DNA of 39,734 nt from a bacterium (GCA_021106915.1 JAIOTH010000019.1:1-39734), one strand, 5' to 3'; numbered from the stretch's first letter, positions 9,152 through 18,160 are shown. The notes: generated by a model not told the origin, from the sequence alone. A program made the numbers and translations.

Positions 9152-10006
9152 TTAATCAGATGACAAATCTATCCAATTCTCTATTGTTAATTTTTCAGCT
9201 CGGATATTTTTAGCTAGACCAACTCGCTCTAACATTTTATAAATTTCCTCTTTTTCGATTTTTAAACCTGTGCTTAAATTATTAACCAAAGTTCTTCTCT
9301 TAGAAGAAAAACCTATTTTAACTAATTGCCAAAATCGCTTTTGATCAACTTCCGCCCTAGGGTGACCTCGAAGGTCAAATCTGATAACCGCGGAATCAAC
9401 TTTTGGTATTGGTAAAAAATTATTTTTAGAAACCGTAAATAAATATTCTGGTTGCGAATAAAAATTACACATCACTGAAAGTTTAGACCATTTACCATCT
9501 TTATTAATTATCCGTTCTGCCACCTCTTTTTGAAGCATTAAAATCATTTCTTTTGGTGGATTTTGATGTCCTAAAATAATTCTCAAAAATCGAGAGGTAA
9601 TATTGTATGGTAAATTAGAAACTATTTTATAATTTTTTAAAAAGTCGGCTGACAAAATTTTAGATAAATCTAATTTTAAAATATCTCCTTGAATAATCTC
9701 GAAAGTTTGATCATCCAAAATCTTTAAAATTTTAATTAATTCTTCATCCAGTTCAATAGTTTTTAAATTTATCCCTGTCGCCTTTTTTGAGGCGAGGGGA
9801 TAAACATTTTTTTTAACCAAAGCTTTAGTTAAAGTTCCAATTCCCGGACCAATTTCTAAAACATTTTCATTTGGTTTTAAATTAGCTACTTGAATTATTT
9901 TTTCCAAAATTTCTTCAGAAATTAAAAAATTTTGCCCTTTAGATTTCTGGAGCAAAATTCTATTTTGTTTTAACAAAAGTTTTGTTTCTTCTAAGATACT
10001 AATCAT
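9152..10006 (-). CDS. rsmA: 16S rRNA (adenine1518/1519-N6)-dimethyltransferase
   Basis: It shows the KsgA/RsmA signature QNFLISEEILEKII...VLEIGPGIGTLTKAL plus the NLPYNITS motif. It carries a ~12-aa in-frame insert (VYPLASKKATG) encoded by a GC-rich hairpin at 9772..9800. Confidence 0.9.
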   Translation of the reverse strand: MISILEETKLLLKQNRILLQKSKGQNFLISEEILEKIIQVANLKPNENVLEIGPGIGTLTKALVKKNVYPLASKKATGINLKTIELDEELIKILKILDDQTFEIIQGDILKLDLSKILSADFLKNYKIVSNLPYNITSRFLRIILGHQNPPKEMILMLQKEVAERIINKDGKWSKLSVMCNFYSQPEYLFTVSKNNFLPIPKVDSAVIRFDLRGHPRAEVDQKRFWQLVKIGFSSKRRTLVNNLSTGLKIEKEEIYKMLERVGLAKNIRAEKLTIENWIDLSSD

Positions 10007-10031
10007 ACGAATTATTAGTACTAATATATTT

Positions 10032-10118
10032 CCCCCTTGTCACCTGCCTGCCGGCAGGCAGGAAGGGGGTTAAGGGGATTGAATTTTAAATAAAATTATT
10101 AAACCCCCTAAATCCCCC
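10032..10118. repeat. GC-rich palindromic repeat cluster
   Basis: The sequence cccccttgtcacctgcctgccggcaggcaggaaggggg forms a long hairpin. A second inverted pair is present: ttaaggggatt ... aatcccccttaa. The cluster is intergenic between rsmA and the MFS gene. Confidence 0.8.
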
Positions 10119-10198
10119 TTAACAGGGGGACTTAAAAATTCAAATACTTACCATAAACTGATTTCTAATTCATAATAAATTTATAAATTGGTATCACA

Positions 10199-11425
10199 TT
10201 ATTTATATAGCATATAAAGCAAAGAGGTTAAGCCAGCAAAAACAAAACTAATTACAAAACCACCATCATCCTCTAATGAAAAAATCAAAATTACTACAAT
10301 AATCACTAAACAAGCTAAAATTTTTCCAATAATTAATCCCGCTTCATAATTAACTACATTTTCCATAATACTATTATTATTCTTTCTTTTTCCATCTCTA
10401 GCTTTTTTATGAAAAATAGCTCGAATTGGAACATCAATACTAGCTTTGGAAATCTTAGAAGTAGTATCAATTAGAAAAATTGGTATAATTGTCCTAGTAA
10501 AAATCCTGATCAGCCAAGTTAAAGAATAAATAATTGAACCGAATCTCAAAACTTTTCGTTTATCATCTTTATCACAAATTTTTCCAATGTATAAAGTGAC
10601 TAATAAAGTAATTGCTGTTGCAATACCAATTAAAGCACCAATTTTAGAATAACTAACAATTATAATCGACATAAAAATTGGCCAAATTACCATTACAATT
10701 AATTCTTCTGCATAACCAATGCAAGCTAATAAATTTTTTAAATTCTTCTTACGAAAAATATCAAAAATTCGAATATATTTATATCCTCTTTGATCAAAAT
10801 CTTCTTTAGTCAATAACATTGGAATATTAGAAACTAAAAATAATATTGATACTATTAAAAATAAAACTGGAAATCCAAAATAAGTAATAATTAAACCACC
10901 AATCACTGGCCCTAAAATAAACATCAAAGCGTTAGAGACATTTACTGAGCTAATCTCCCGCGCCTCTTCGCCTTCTTCAGAATTATGAGCGAAATCAGCC
11001 ATAAATCCTGTCCAGTAAAATATTTTTTGGAGAGTATAAATTACTGCTGAAATATAAAATAAAATTGGATAAACAGGAATTAAAAAAAGAGAAATATAAA
11101 AAATCACATACAAAGCCGAACCCAAAAACATCCCGTTTTCATAACCATATTTATTAGCAAACTTAGCCCCAAAAGGAAGTAGAAAAAAATAGAGCACATA
11201 AACTATTAAATAAAAAAAGGCAATCTTAATTAAAGAATAACCCATTTGATGTAGATAAATTGGTTCAAAAATTTGAACCATTGCTAAGGCAAAATTAACA
11301 ATAATACTAGCTACAAATAATTCTTTGACCTGTCGTTTCATTTTATAAGGCAAAAAAGCCCGAATAAATTTTGGCAATTTGGAAAATCTTTTTTTAGTTT
11401 TTATTGGTTGAGGATTTATAGGCAT
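10199..11425 (-). CDS. Major-facilitator-type multi-pass membrane transporter
   Basis: It is 408 aa with roughly 12 hydrophobic segments arranged in two halves separated by a charged loop, which is an MFS-like organisation. No specific substrate can be inferred. Confidence 0.65.
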   Translation of the reverse strand: MPINPQPIKTKKRFSKLPKFIRAFLPYKMKRQVKELFVASIIVNFALAMVQIFEPIYLHQMGYSLIKIAFFYLIVYVLYFFLLPFGAKFANKYGYENGMFLGSALYVIFYISLFLIPVYPILFYISAVIYTLQKIFYWTGFMADFAHNSEEGEEAREISSVNVSNALMFILGPVIGGLIITYFGFPVLFLIVSILFLVSNIPMLLTKEDFDQRGYKYIRIFDIFRKKNLKNLLACIGYAEELIVMVIWPIFMSIIIVSYSKIGALIGIATAITLLVTLYIGKICDKDDKRKVLRFGSIIYSLTWLIRIFTRTIIPIFLIDTTSKISKASIDVPIRAIFHKKARDGKRKNNNSIMENVVNYEAGLIIGKILACLVIIVVILIFSLEDDGGFVISFVFAGLTSLLYMLYK

Positions 11426-11432
11426 AAGGAAT

Positions 11433-11513
11433 TAGTTTAAAGTTATAAAGTTAAAAGTTTAAAGGTAAAATACAAAAAATAAAAAATAACTTTCTACTTT
11501 CTACTTTAAACTG
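11433..11513. repeat. Imperfect AT-rich inverted repeat in the intergenic spacer
   Basis: The arm agtttaaagttataaagttaaaagtttaaagg opposes aactttctactttctactttaaact. It sits between the Bro-N gene and the MFS gene. Confidence 0.5.
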
Positions 11514-11564
11514 ACATAATTATAACATTAAAAAAAATCTCTTCAAATAGAGAAATTTCAAAAT

Positions 11565-12386
11565 TTATTTTTCTTCAAGTTTCTTCTGTTCTGGCAAAAA
11601 ATTATCATTAGAAATTACTTTTTTACCACTTTCTATTTCTAATTTTTGACGAGCGTCTCCGGCAATTTTTCCACCGTCCTTAGAGTCTTTTTTAAGTTCT
11701 TTAAAGCCTTGCGAATTTCTGCTTTTAGTTATTTCAGTTGTAGAAGCTTCACCAAGCATAGAAAAAATTAACTCTAAATCAGTCATATGGTCTCGAAGAT
11801 TTTCTCGATCCAATCCTTTAAAATCTTGATACTCACTAGGAATCATTCCAAAAGTTGCTTTAGAAATTTCAGCTGTTAAAATAGCATAATTTTTTTGTTC
11901 TTTTACTCCTCTGTTATCCCATTCACCTGTTAATTGTTCACGTATGGCAATTCCTCGCATTCGTTTTTCAATCCAGTTATCAGGATAACCCTTTGCTTTA
12001 TACAAAGCTCTGGTTCGTTTAGTGGCTAATTCAGGGTCTTCAATTTCTTGTACTCTTTCATAACCGACTTTAGCAAGCCAACGTTTAAATGGTTCTGCTT
12101 TGGGCGATGGGATAGATTGAATAATTCTAAAAATACCTTCTGTATTAGCACAGTCAGTTTCCCTCATTTTTCCGTCCGGAGATTGTAATTTCAACTGTCC
12201 GATTTTCTCGGACACTTCAAAAAAACCTTCCTCTATAAGCTTTTTCTTTAAATCGTTCCAATATTTTCGTGCTCGATTTGTTTCTGTTAGTATTTCAATA
12301 ATATCAACAACTGAAAACCACCATTCATTTTCATAAATAGTTTTTCTAATCTTTTTTCCTTTAAAAACTGCTAATTTTGTATTCAT
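11565..12386 (-). CDS. Bro-N domain / DinD-like (prophage antirepressor family) protein
   Basis: The N-terminus FKGKKIRKTIYENEWWFSVVDIIEILTE...ARKYWNDLKKKL fits the Bro-N pattern. The C-terminal half resembles DNA-damage-inducible protein D. Confidence 0.7.
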   Translation of the reverse strand: MNTKLAVFKGKKIRKTIYENEWWFSVVDIIEILTETNRARKYWNDLKKKLIEEGFFEVSEKIGQLKLQSPDGKMRETDCANTEGIFRIIQSIPSPKAEPFKRWLAKVGYERVQEIEDPELATKRTRALYKAKGYPDNWIEKRMRGIAIREQLTGEWDNRGVKEQKNYAILTAEISKATFGMIPSEYQDFKGLDRENLRDHMTDLELIFSMLGEASTTEITKSRNSQGFKELKKDSKDGGKIAGDARQKLEIESGKKVISNDNFLPEQKKLEEK

Positions 12387-12395
12387 AAAATTATT

Positions 12396-15300
12396 TTACT
12401 TGTCTGCCGATAGGCAGGTAACAATATTCACAATCTTTCCCTTAATATAAATAAATTTAACAATTTCCTTGCCATCAATAAATCTCTGCACATTTTCTAA
12501 TCCTAAAATTTGTTTTTTTAAATCATCTTCGGAAATATCAACCTCTATTTCTAGAGTAGCTCGTAATTTTCCGTTAATTTGAATAGGTAAATTTATTTTA
12601 TCTTCTACAATTAATTTTTCATCATACTTTGGCCATTCTTGCCGACAAATAAATCCCTCGTTTCCCAATTTTTGCCAAATTTCTTCACAAATATGCGGAG
12701 CAAAAGCAGAAAGCATAATTAAATAAGAATCAACTAAAGTCTTGTCAGGACTGTTTAAAGAACTTAATATTTTTAAACAAACCATCAAAGAACTAATTGC
12801 TGTATTAAATCTAAAATTTTCAATATCTTCTGTAACTTTTTTAATTGTTTTGTGTAATATTGAAACAACTTGATTATTAGATTCATCACCATAATTAATG
12901 TCTGAAAAATATCTCCAATTCTTATCTAGAAATCTTCGCAAACCTTTAATACCATCTATATTCCAAGGTTTTGAGTCTTCTAAAGGACCCATAAACATTT
13001 CATACATTCGGAAACTATCCGCACCATATTCCTCAACGACTTCATCGGGATTTACGACATTACCTAAAGATTTACTCATTTTTTGACCATCCGTTCCCAT
13101 AATTAAACCTTGATTAATCAACTTTAAAAATGGTTCATCAAAATCCCCACCTTCGCCAAGGCTACGGTCGGCAGGCAAATATCCATTATCTCTCAAAACT
13201 TTAGTAAAAAATCTAGAATAAATTAAATGGCCAACAGCATGTTCAGTTCCACCGACGTAAGTATCAACTGGCATATATTTTTTAATCAAATCTTTAGCAC
13301 AAAATTCTTTTTCATTCTGAGAATCTAAATAACGATAATAATACCAAGAATTATCTACAAAACCATCCATAGTATCATGTTCCCTAATTGCTTCTCCACC
13401 ACATTTCGGACATTGCACATTCTTATTAAATTCTTTTGATAAAGCTAAAGGTGGCTGACCAGTTGGTCGAAAATCCTGAACATCATCAGGCAATAAAACT
13501 GGCAAATCTTTTTCTGGCACTGGCACAGCTCCACATTTTGGACAATGAATAATCGGAATTGGAGCTCCCCAATATCTTTGACGAGAAACTAACCAATCAC
13601 GAAGTTTATATTGTGTAGTTAATTTTCCACCAGCTTTTTTAGTAATTTTCTGCTGAGCTTTTTCTGAATCCATTCCATCAAATTCTTCGGAATTTATCAT
13701 TTTCCCCTGAGCTTCTGTGGCTCGAATTTTTTCTTCAATATCAGAAATAATTTCTGGCAACTCGAAAACACTAACCCTACTATCACTAATATTAATGTGT
13801 CCTTTATTTTTTAAAACTCTATATTCACCTGGTAATTTTTCCACTAATTGTTTCTGTTGCTTATCAGATGTGTAAGGATCATCATCAGAAAAATAAGCAT
13901 AAATTTTTTCTACATTTGATTTAATATTTTGATAATTTAATTGATAATCAGTAAATTTACGCAATATCTCAATCTGCTCTTTTGTAAAATTCTCTTTAAT
14001 ACTCTCTGTTCTAGTCTGATCATCAACCATAAATTCTGAAACTGGAGCTACTAAAAATAATTTATTAATTTTTATTTTCTGAGCTAAATGCTGAGCTGCA
14101 AAAGCTCCCATACTGTGACCAATTATAATATCATCTTCTGCAAAATCCTGAACTAATGATTCTAAAATCTTTAACCAATCTTTTAAAATTGGATTTTTAG
14201 TATCTGGTAAATCTGGAACTAAAACTTCATAATTTAATTTTTCTAACTCCTTCTTTAACCACGGAAACCAATCATCTTTACTAGTCGCCATAAAGCCATG
14301 AACGATTAAAACCTTAGTCTTTCGTTGAGATTGTACTACATCAATAATTGATAAATTAAATTTCTGAGCAAATTCAAAATCTCGTTGATCATGAGCTGGA
14401 ACACACATTATTGCTCCAGTTCCATAGGTAGCTAAAACATAATCAGAAATATATACTGGTAATTCTTTTCCATTAACTGGATTAATAGCTTTAATTCCTT
14501 TTAGCTCTACTCCAGTTTTATTTTTATTCAAATCAGTTCTTTCTAAGTCACTTTTTTTCTTAGTAGTTTCAATATATTTTTCTACTTCTGAAAAATTTTC
14601 GATGCTAATTTTTAATTCCTGAACTAATTGATGCTCGGGAGCTAAAACCATATAAGTTGCTCCATATAAAGTATCAGGTCGCGTAGTAAAAACTTTTATC
14701 CCTAACGCCTCTTCTGAGGTGGGGGGATTAATTATTTTAGGTAAAATTAATTCTTTTAAAACATTGGCTTGACACTCAAACTCTTTGAAAAAATCTTCTG
14801 CTGTATTTTCAAAAAATCTTTTTCCACTTACTTTAGAATAATATAAATTTTTCATTGGAAAATAAATATCCAAATCACCTGCTTGCTGATCAGTTAAAAT
14901 ATAATCTCTTCTATTTTTAATTTGTTGATGCTCTCCATTGGGATATAGAATTGTCCAAAAATCTTCATAATAAAATTCTTTTTCTCCACCATTCTTCTGA
15001 GCAATATTCTTATAAAATTCTAAAGCTTTTTCAGCAATTTCTTCTTGAGTCAAATTCTTTTCATCAACTCCTTTTAAACAAGACCTTTTTGGAGCTAAAG
15101 GATCGACTTCATCTTCATTGCTAAAAAATACAGCTGTATCCATAGACAAAACTGGTACATCATATTTTCCTTGATAAGGATCTGTCTTCTTTAAAGAATT
15201 TTCCCAAGCATCTTGACCATTTTCCTCTACATCAACATAATCCGGAACTTGTTCAATTTTAATTTGAGGATCAATTTTTTTAAATAATTTTTTTAATCTT

Positions 15301-16118
15301 TCTAATTTAGACTTATTCCCCGTCGCAAAATATATTTTTTTGGAATTTGGAATTTGGAATTTACCTGCCTGTCCGGTAGGCAGGGAATTTGTTTGAAATT
15401 TGTTATTTGTTATTTGGAATTTGATTTCTGCTCCTTCTGATTTCCCAATCCAATTCTTTTGCATTGTTTTTAAAGCATGAGACCATTCCAATTTGTCTAA
15501 TCCTTCTAAAAGTTCATCAGCATATTCTGTCACTTTAAAAAACCATTGTTTTAAATCTTTTTTAATCACTTCATTCTTGCAACGCTCACATTTTCCATCA
15601 ACAACTTGTTCGTTTGCTAAAACAGTCTGACAAGAGTCACACCAATTCACTGGAGCTTTTTTCTGATAAGCTAAATTATTCTTGTATAATAGAAGAAAAA
15701 ACCACTGCGACCATTTATAATAGCTAGGATCAGAAGTATTTATTTCTCGCTCCCAATCATAAGAAAATCCTAAACTTTTAATTTGTTTAGTAAAATTAAC
15801 AATGTTTTCCGCAGTACTCTTCTTAGGGTGCACGCCAATTTTAATCGCATAATTTTCCGCCGGCAAACCAAAAGCATCCCAACCCATTGGATGAATTACC
15901 TCATAATTATTCATTCGTAAATAACGAGAATAAATATCAGTAGCAGTATAACCCTCAGGATGACCAACATGTAACCCTGCTCCAGAAGGATAAGGAAACA
16001 TATCTAAAACATACTTTTTTTCTTTCTGAGAATTTTTGTCAACTTTAAAAACATGATCCTTTTCCCATTTATCTTGCCACTTTTTTTCTATTTTTTGATG
16101 ATTATAATTTTGTTCCAT
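12396..16118 (-). CDS. leuS: Leucyl-tRNA synthetase with two foreign domains inserted around the CP1 editing domain
   Basis: It has the class I HIGH motif (HVGHPEGY) and KMSKS motif (KMSKSLGN), the editing-domain blocks TTRPDTLYGATY and GTGAIMCVPAHDQRDFEFA, and the C-terminal tRNA-binding tail. It is 1240 aa, compared with ~860 aa in E. coli. Confidence 0.95.
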   Translation of the reverse strand: MEQNYNHQKIEKKWQDKWEKDHVFKVDKNSQKEKKYVLDMFPYPSGAGLHVGHPEGYTATDIYSRYLRMNNYEVIHPMGWDAFGLPAENYAIKIGVHPKKSTAENIVNFTKQIKSLGFSYDWEREINTSDPSYYKWSQWFFLLLYKNNLAYQKKAPVNWCDSCQTVLANEQVVDGKCERCKNEVIKKDLKQWFFKVTEYADELLEGLDKLEWSHALKTMQKNWIGKSEGAEIKFQITNNKFQTNSLPTGQAGKFQIPNSKKIYFATGNKSKLERLKKLFKKIDPQIKIEQVPDYVDVEENGQDAWENSLKKTDPYQGKYDVPVLSMDTAVFFSNEDEVDPLAPKRSCLKGVDEKNLTQEEIAEKALEFYKNIAQKNGGEKEFYYEDFWTILYPNGEHQQIKNRRDYILTDQQAGDLDIYFPMKNLYYSKVSGKRFFENTAEDFFKEFECQANVLKELILPKIINPPTSEEALGIKVFTTRPDTLYGATYMVLAPEHQLVQELKISIENFSEVEKYIETTKKKSDLERTDLNKNKTGVELKGIKAINPVNGKELPVYISDYVLATYGTGAIMCVPAHDQRDFEFAQKFNLSIIDVVQSQRKTKVLIVHGFMATSKDDWFPWLKKELEKLNYEVLVPDLPDTKNPILKDWLKILESLVQDFAEDDIIIGHSMGAFAAQHLAQKIKINKLFLVAPVSEFMVDDQTRTESIKENFTKEQIEILRKFTDYQLNYQNIKSNVEKIYAYFSDDDPYTSDKQQKQLVEKLPGEYRVLKNKGHINISDSRVSVFELPEIISDIEEKIRATEAQGKMINSEEFDGMDSEKAQQKITKKAGGKLTTQYKLRDWLVSRQRYWGAPIPIIHCPKCGAVPVPEKDLPVLLPDDVQDFRPTGQPPLALSKEFNKNVQCPKCGGEAIREHDTMDGFVDNSWYYYRYLDSQNEKEFCAKDLIKKYMPVDTYVGGTEHAVGHLIYSRFFTKVLRDNGYLPADRSLGEGGDFDEPFLKLINQGLIMGTDGQKMSKSLGNVVNPDEVVEEYGADSFRMYEMFMGPLEDSKPWNIDGIKGLRRFLDKNWRYFSDINYGDESNNQVVSILHKTIKKVTEDIENFRFNTAISSLMVCLKILSSLNSPDKTLVDSYLIMLSAFAPHICEEIWQKLGNEGFICRQEWPKYDEKLIVEDKINLPIQINGKLRATLEIEVDISEDDLKKQILGLENVQRFIDGKEIVKFIYIKGKIVNIVTCLSADK
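13704..14333 (-). other. Alpha/beta serine hydrolase (YdeN/RBBP9-like) domain inserted in LeuRS (aa ~596-805)
   Basis: KVLIVHGFMATSKDDWFPWLKKELEKLNYEVLVPDLP is followed by the nucleophile elbow GHSMG, then FSDDDPY (Asp) and NKGHIN (His). The insert lies between HDQRDFEFAQKFNLSIIDVV and the KLRDWLVSRQRYWG block. Confidence 0.75.
14748..15341 (-). other. ITPase/Ham1/RdgB-like domain inserted in LeuRS (aa ~260-457)
   Basis: KIYFATGNKSKLERLKKLF matches the family motif ATGNxxKxxE. EENGQDAWENSLKK parallels RdgB EETGLTFIENAILKA. PVLSMDTAVF parallels PAIADDSGLAV. The insert lies between the GAEIKFQI and IKVFTTRPDT blocks, which are ~10 aa apart in E. coli LeuRS. Confidence 0.7.
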
Positions 16119-16215
16119 ATATACTAATGATACGAATTAAATGATACTAATATACTAATGATACGAATTATGTGGAAATACACAAATAATCCAAATCGAG
16201 CTGAACTCAAAGTAT
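16119..16215. repeat. ATTAGTAT/ATTCGTAT-word repeat abutting the leuS start codon, plus a decayed palindromic core
   Basis: The coding strand reads ...gtatcatttaattcgtatcattagtatatATG. The core remnant aatcgagctgaactcaaag lies at ~16194..16215. Confidence 0.8.
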
Positions 16216-16227
16216 ATTGACACCGTG

Positions 16228-16636
16228 CTATTTAAAATAATAAATTAAAAATCCGGCTACTCCAGCAAAAACTATTAACCACATTGGATGAAATTTAAAA
16301 AATATTATACCAATAAATACAACCAGAGCAATCAAAATACTCCAAATATCAAAAATAGCCTTACCTTTAATTAAACTTAGAATTGAAACCACTAATAAAG
16401 CAATTACTGCTTGGTTTTAAACCATTAAGTATTGCCTGAATAGCTCTATTTTTTCTAAAACTATAAAATAAAGTAGCGATAATTGTTACTAAAACTAAAG
16501 AAGGAAGAACTACTCCTATAGTAGCGACTACTGCTCCTAAAATTCCATTAACCTTATAGCCCACAAAAGGAATCATTGAATATCCACCACCAACAGTAAA
16601 TAAACCAATTTTAGCATGGTTATAATTTATTTCTAG
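16228..16636 (-). pseudogene. Decayed chromate-transporter (CHR family) remnant
   Basis: The open frame reads HAKIGLFTVGGGYSMIPFVGYKVNGILGAVVATIGVVLPSLVLV...ILNGLKP. After a 1-nt frameshift (aaaccaAgcagta, near 16372) it continues as AVIALLVVSILSLIKGKAIFDIW...FLIYYFK*. It has no start codon context, and the segment between the GGGxxMIP and GYxxxGxxGA motifs is missing. Confidence 0.6.
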
Positions 16637-17077
16637 TTAATATCTTTATTCTATCATTTTATCAGCCTTAAGCAAGAAAAATATTTAATCTATAGCTATT
16701 ATTTATCCCTACCTTTTACCTTTTCTCTTTTGACTTTTAACTAACTATATTCTACTATAATATATACAAAAGGTATTAAACGGTAGGTTTAAAATTCTAA
16801 AATTAATCCAAAATATATCAAAATTAAAATTACCAGGTATTTATTCCTCTCTATATTATTTTTATTAAAAACAATCAAAATTATCTCCATATATTTATGG
16901 AAAGTTTTTATAATTTTATTAAAAATTATTTTTTGGTTACCAAAAAAAATAATTAAGCCTATAATTTTAAAAATATATCACCTTTCATTCAAACTAAAAA
17001 TTAACAAAAATAAAGAAAAAGAAATAAAAATTTTCGATAATTATGAAAAAAAAATTAAGAATTCTCTACCTTATATA

Positions 17078-18160
17078 TTGTTAATAATTATTACTTCTTT
17101 TACCTTAGTAAATAATATTTTTGCTAAGATTCCCGAAGCTGAAGAACTCGGCAGAGATTCTATTATTTCTAAATTAATTATTAACAAAAATAAAGAATTT
17201 TTAAACAACGACGAAATTATTGAAGAAGAAGGACCGGCTATAATTGCTAAAAGAACAACTCATGAAGAACAACCAGCTCTAGAAGCTCCTCTACCTCAAT
17301 CTCAAATAGATCCTGAAAAAAATACCAATCAAATAATAACTACTGACGAAGGATCCGTTTTAGTCGGAACTCAACTCTCTGAAGAATCTTTAAAAAATCA
17401 ACCTCGTAATAAAGTTATTGATTATTTAATTGAAGAAGGCGATACAGTTAGTGGTATTGCTCAAAAATTTGAAATAAGTGTAGCTACTATATTATGGTCT
17501 AATAATCTTACTTATTATAGCGTTATTCGTCCTGGAAAAACTTTAAAAATTCCTCCAGTCACTGGTATTTTATACACTGTTAAAAAAGGTGACACAATTT
17601 CCTCTATTGCTAAAAAATATAGTGGCGATGAAGATAAAATATTAGAACAAAATAAATTAACTTCTGCCGAACAAATATCAATCGGTCAAAACTTAATGAT
17701 TCCCGACGGTATTAAACCAGCTTCTAAAATTACCACTTACAAAGCCACTAGATCTATTTTTGCTCCTCCTAGAACTACTACTAGAGCCCCAAGTTCTGGG
17801 ACTAAATTATTATGGCCGACCAGCGCTAAAAAAATAACTCAATATTATTGGTGGCGACATGCTGGTTTAGATATTGCTGCTAAATCTGGGACTCCAATAT
17901 ATGCTGCTGAATCTGGTACAGTTGAAACGGCTGGTTGGAGTAATGGCGGTTATGGATATTATATTATTATCAACCACGGCAACGGCATTAAAACTCTTTA
18001 TGCTCATTCTAATAAATTATATGTCCGAAAAGGCGAAAAAGTTTCTCGAGTACAATCTATTATGTCTATGGGATCTACTGGTTGGTCAACTGGACCTCAT
18101 CTTCATTTTGAAGTCCGAGCCAATGGTTACAAAAAAAATCCTTTAAGTTATATTAGATAA
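17078..18160 (+). CDS. Secreted LysM-domain M23 family metallopeptidase (peptidoglycan hydrolase)
   Basis: It has two LysM repeats (YLIEEGDTVSGIAQKF..., YTVKKGDTISSIAKKY...) and M23 motifs HAGLDIAA and GSTGWSTGPHLHFEV. The start is uncertain: TTG at 17078, or ATG at 17043, which is out of frame by one base across an A9 run. Confidence 0.9.
   Translation: MLIIITSFTLVNNIFAKIPEAEELGRDSIISKLIINKNKEFLNNDEIIEEEGPAIIAKRTTHEEQPALEAPLPQSQIDPEKNTNQIITTDEGSVLVGTQLSEESLKNQPRNKVIDYLIEEGDTVSGIAQKFEISVATILWSNNLTYYSVIRPGKTLKIPPVTGILYTVKKGDTISSIAKKYSGDEDKILEQNKLTSAEQISIGQNLMIPDGIKPASKITTYKATRSIFAPPRTTTRAPSSGTKLLWPTSAKKITQYYWWRHAGLDIAAKSGTPIYAAESGTVETAGWSNGGYGYYIIINHGNGIKTLYAHSNKLYVRKGEKVSRVQSIMSMGSTGWSTGPHLHFEVRANGYKKNPLSYIR

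Noticed and set aside
13704-15410. Are the LeuRS inserts inteins?
   Set aside because: There is no Cys/Ser/Thr at the insert N-termini, no His-Asn plus nucleophile at the C-terminal junctions, and no endonuclease motifs. Instead the inserts show ITPase-like and alpha/beta-hydrolase motifs.
16793-17077. A long open frame extends upstream of the M23 peptidase gene.
   Set aside because: It contains only K/I/L/N/F codons from near-pure AT sequence. It has no ATG in frame and no protein-like features.
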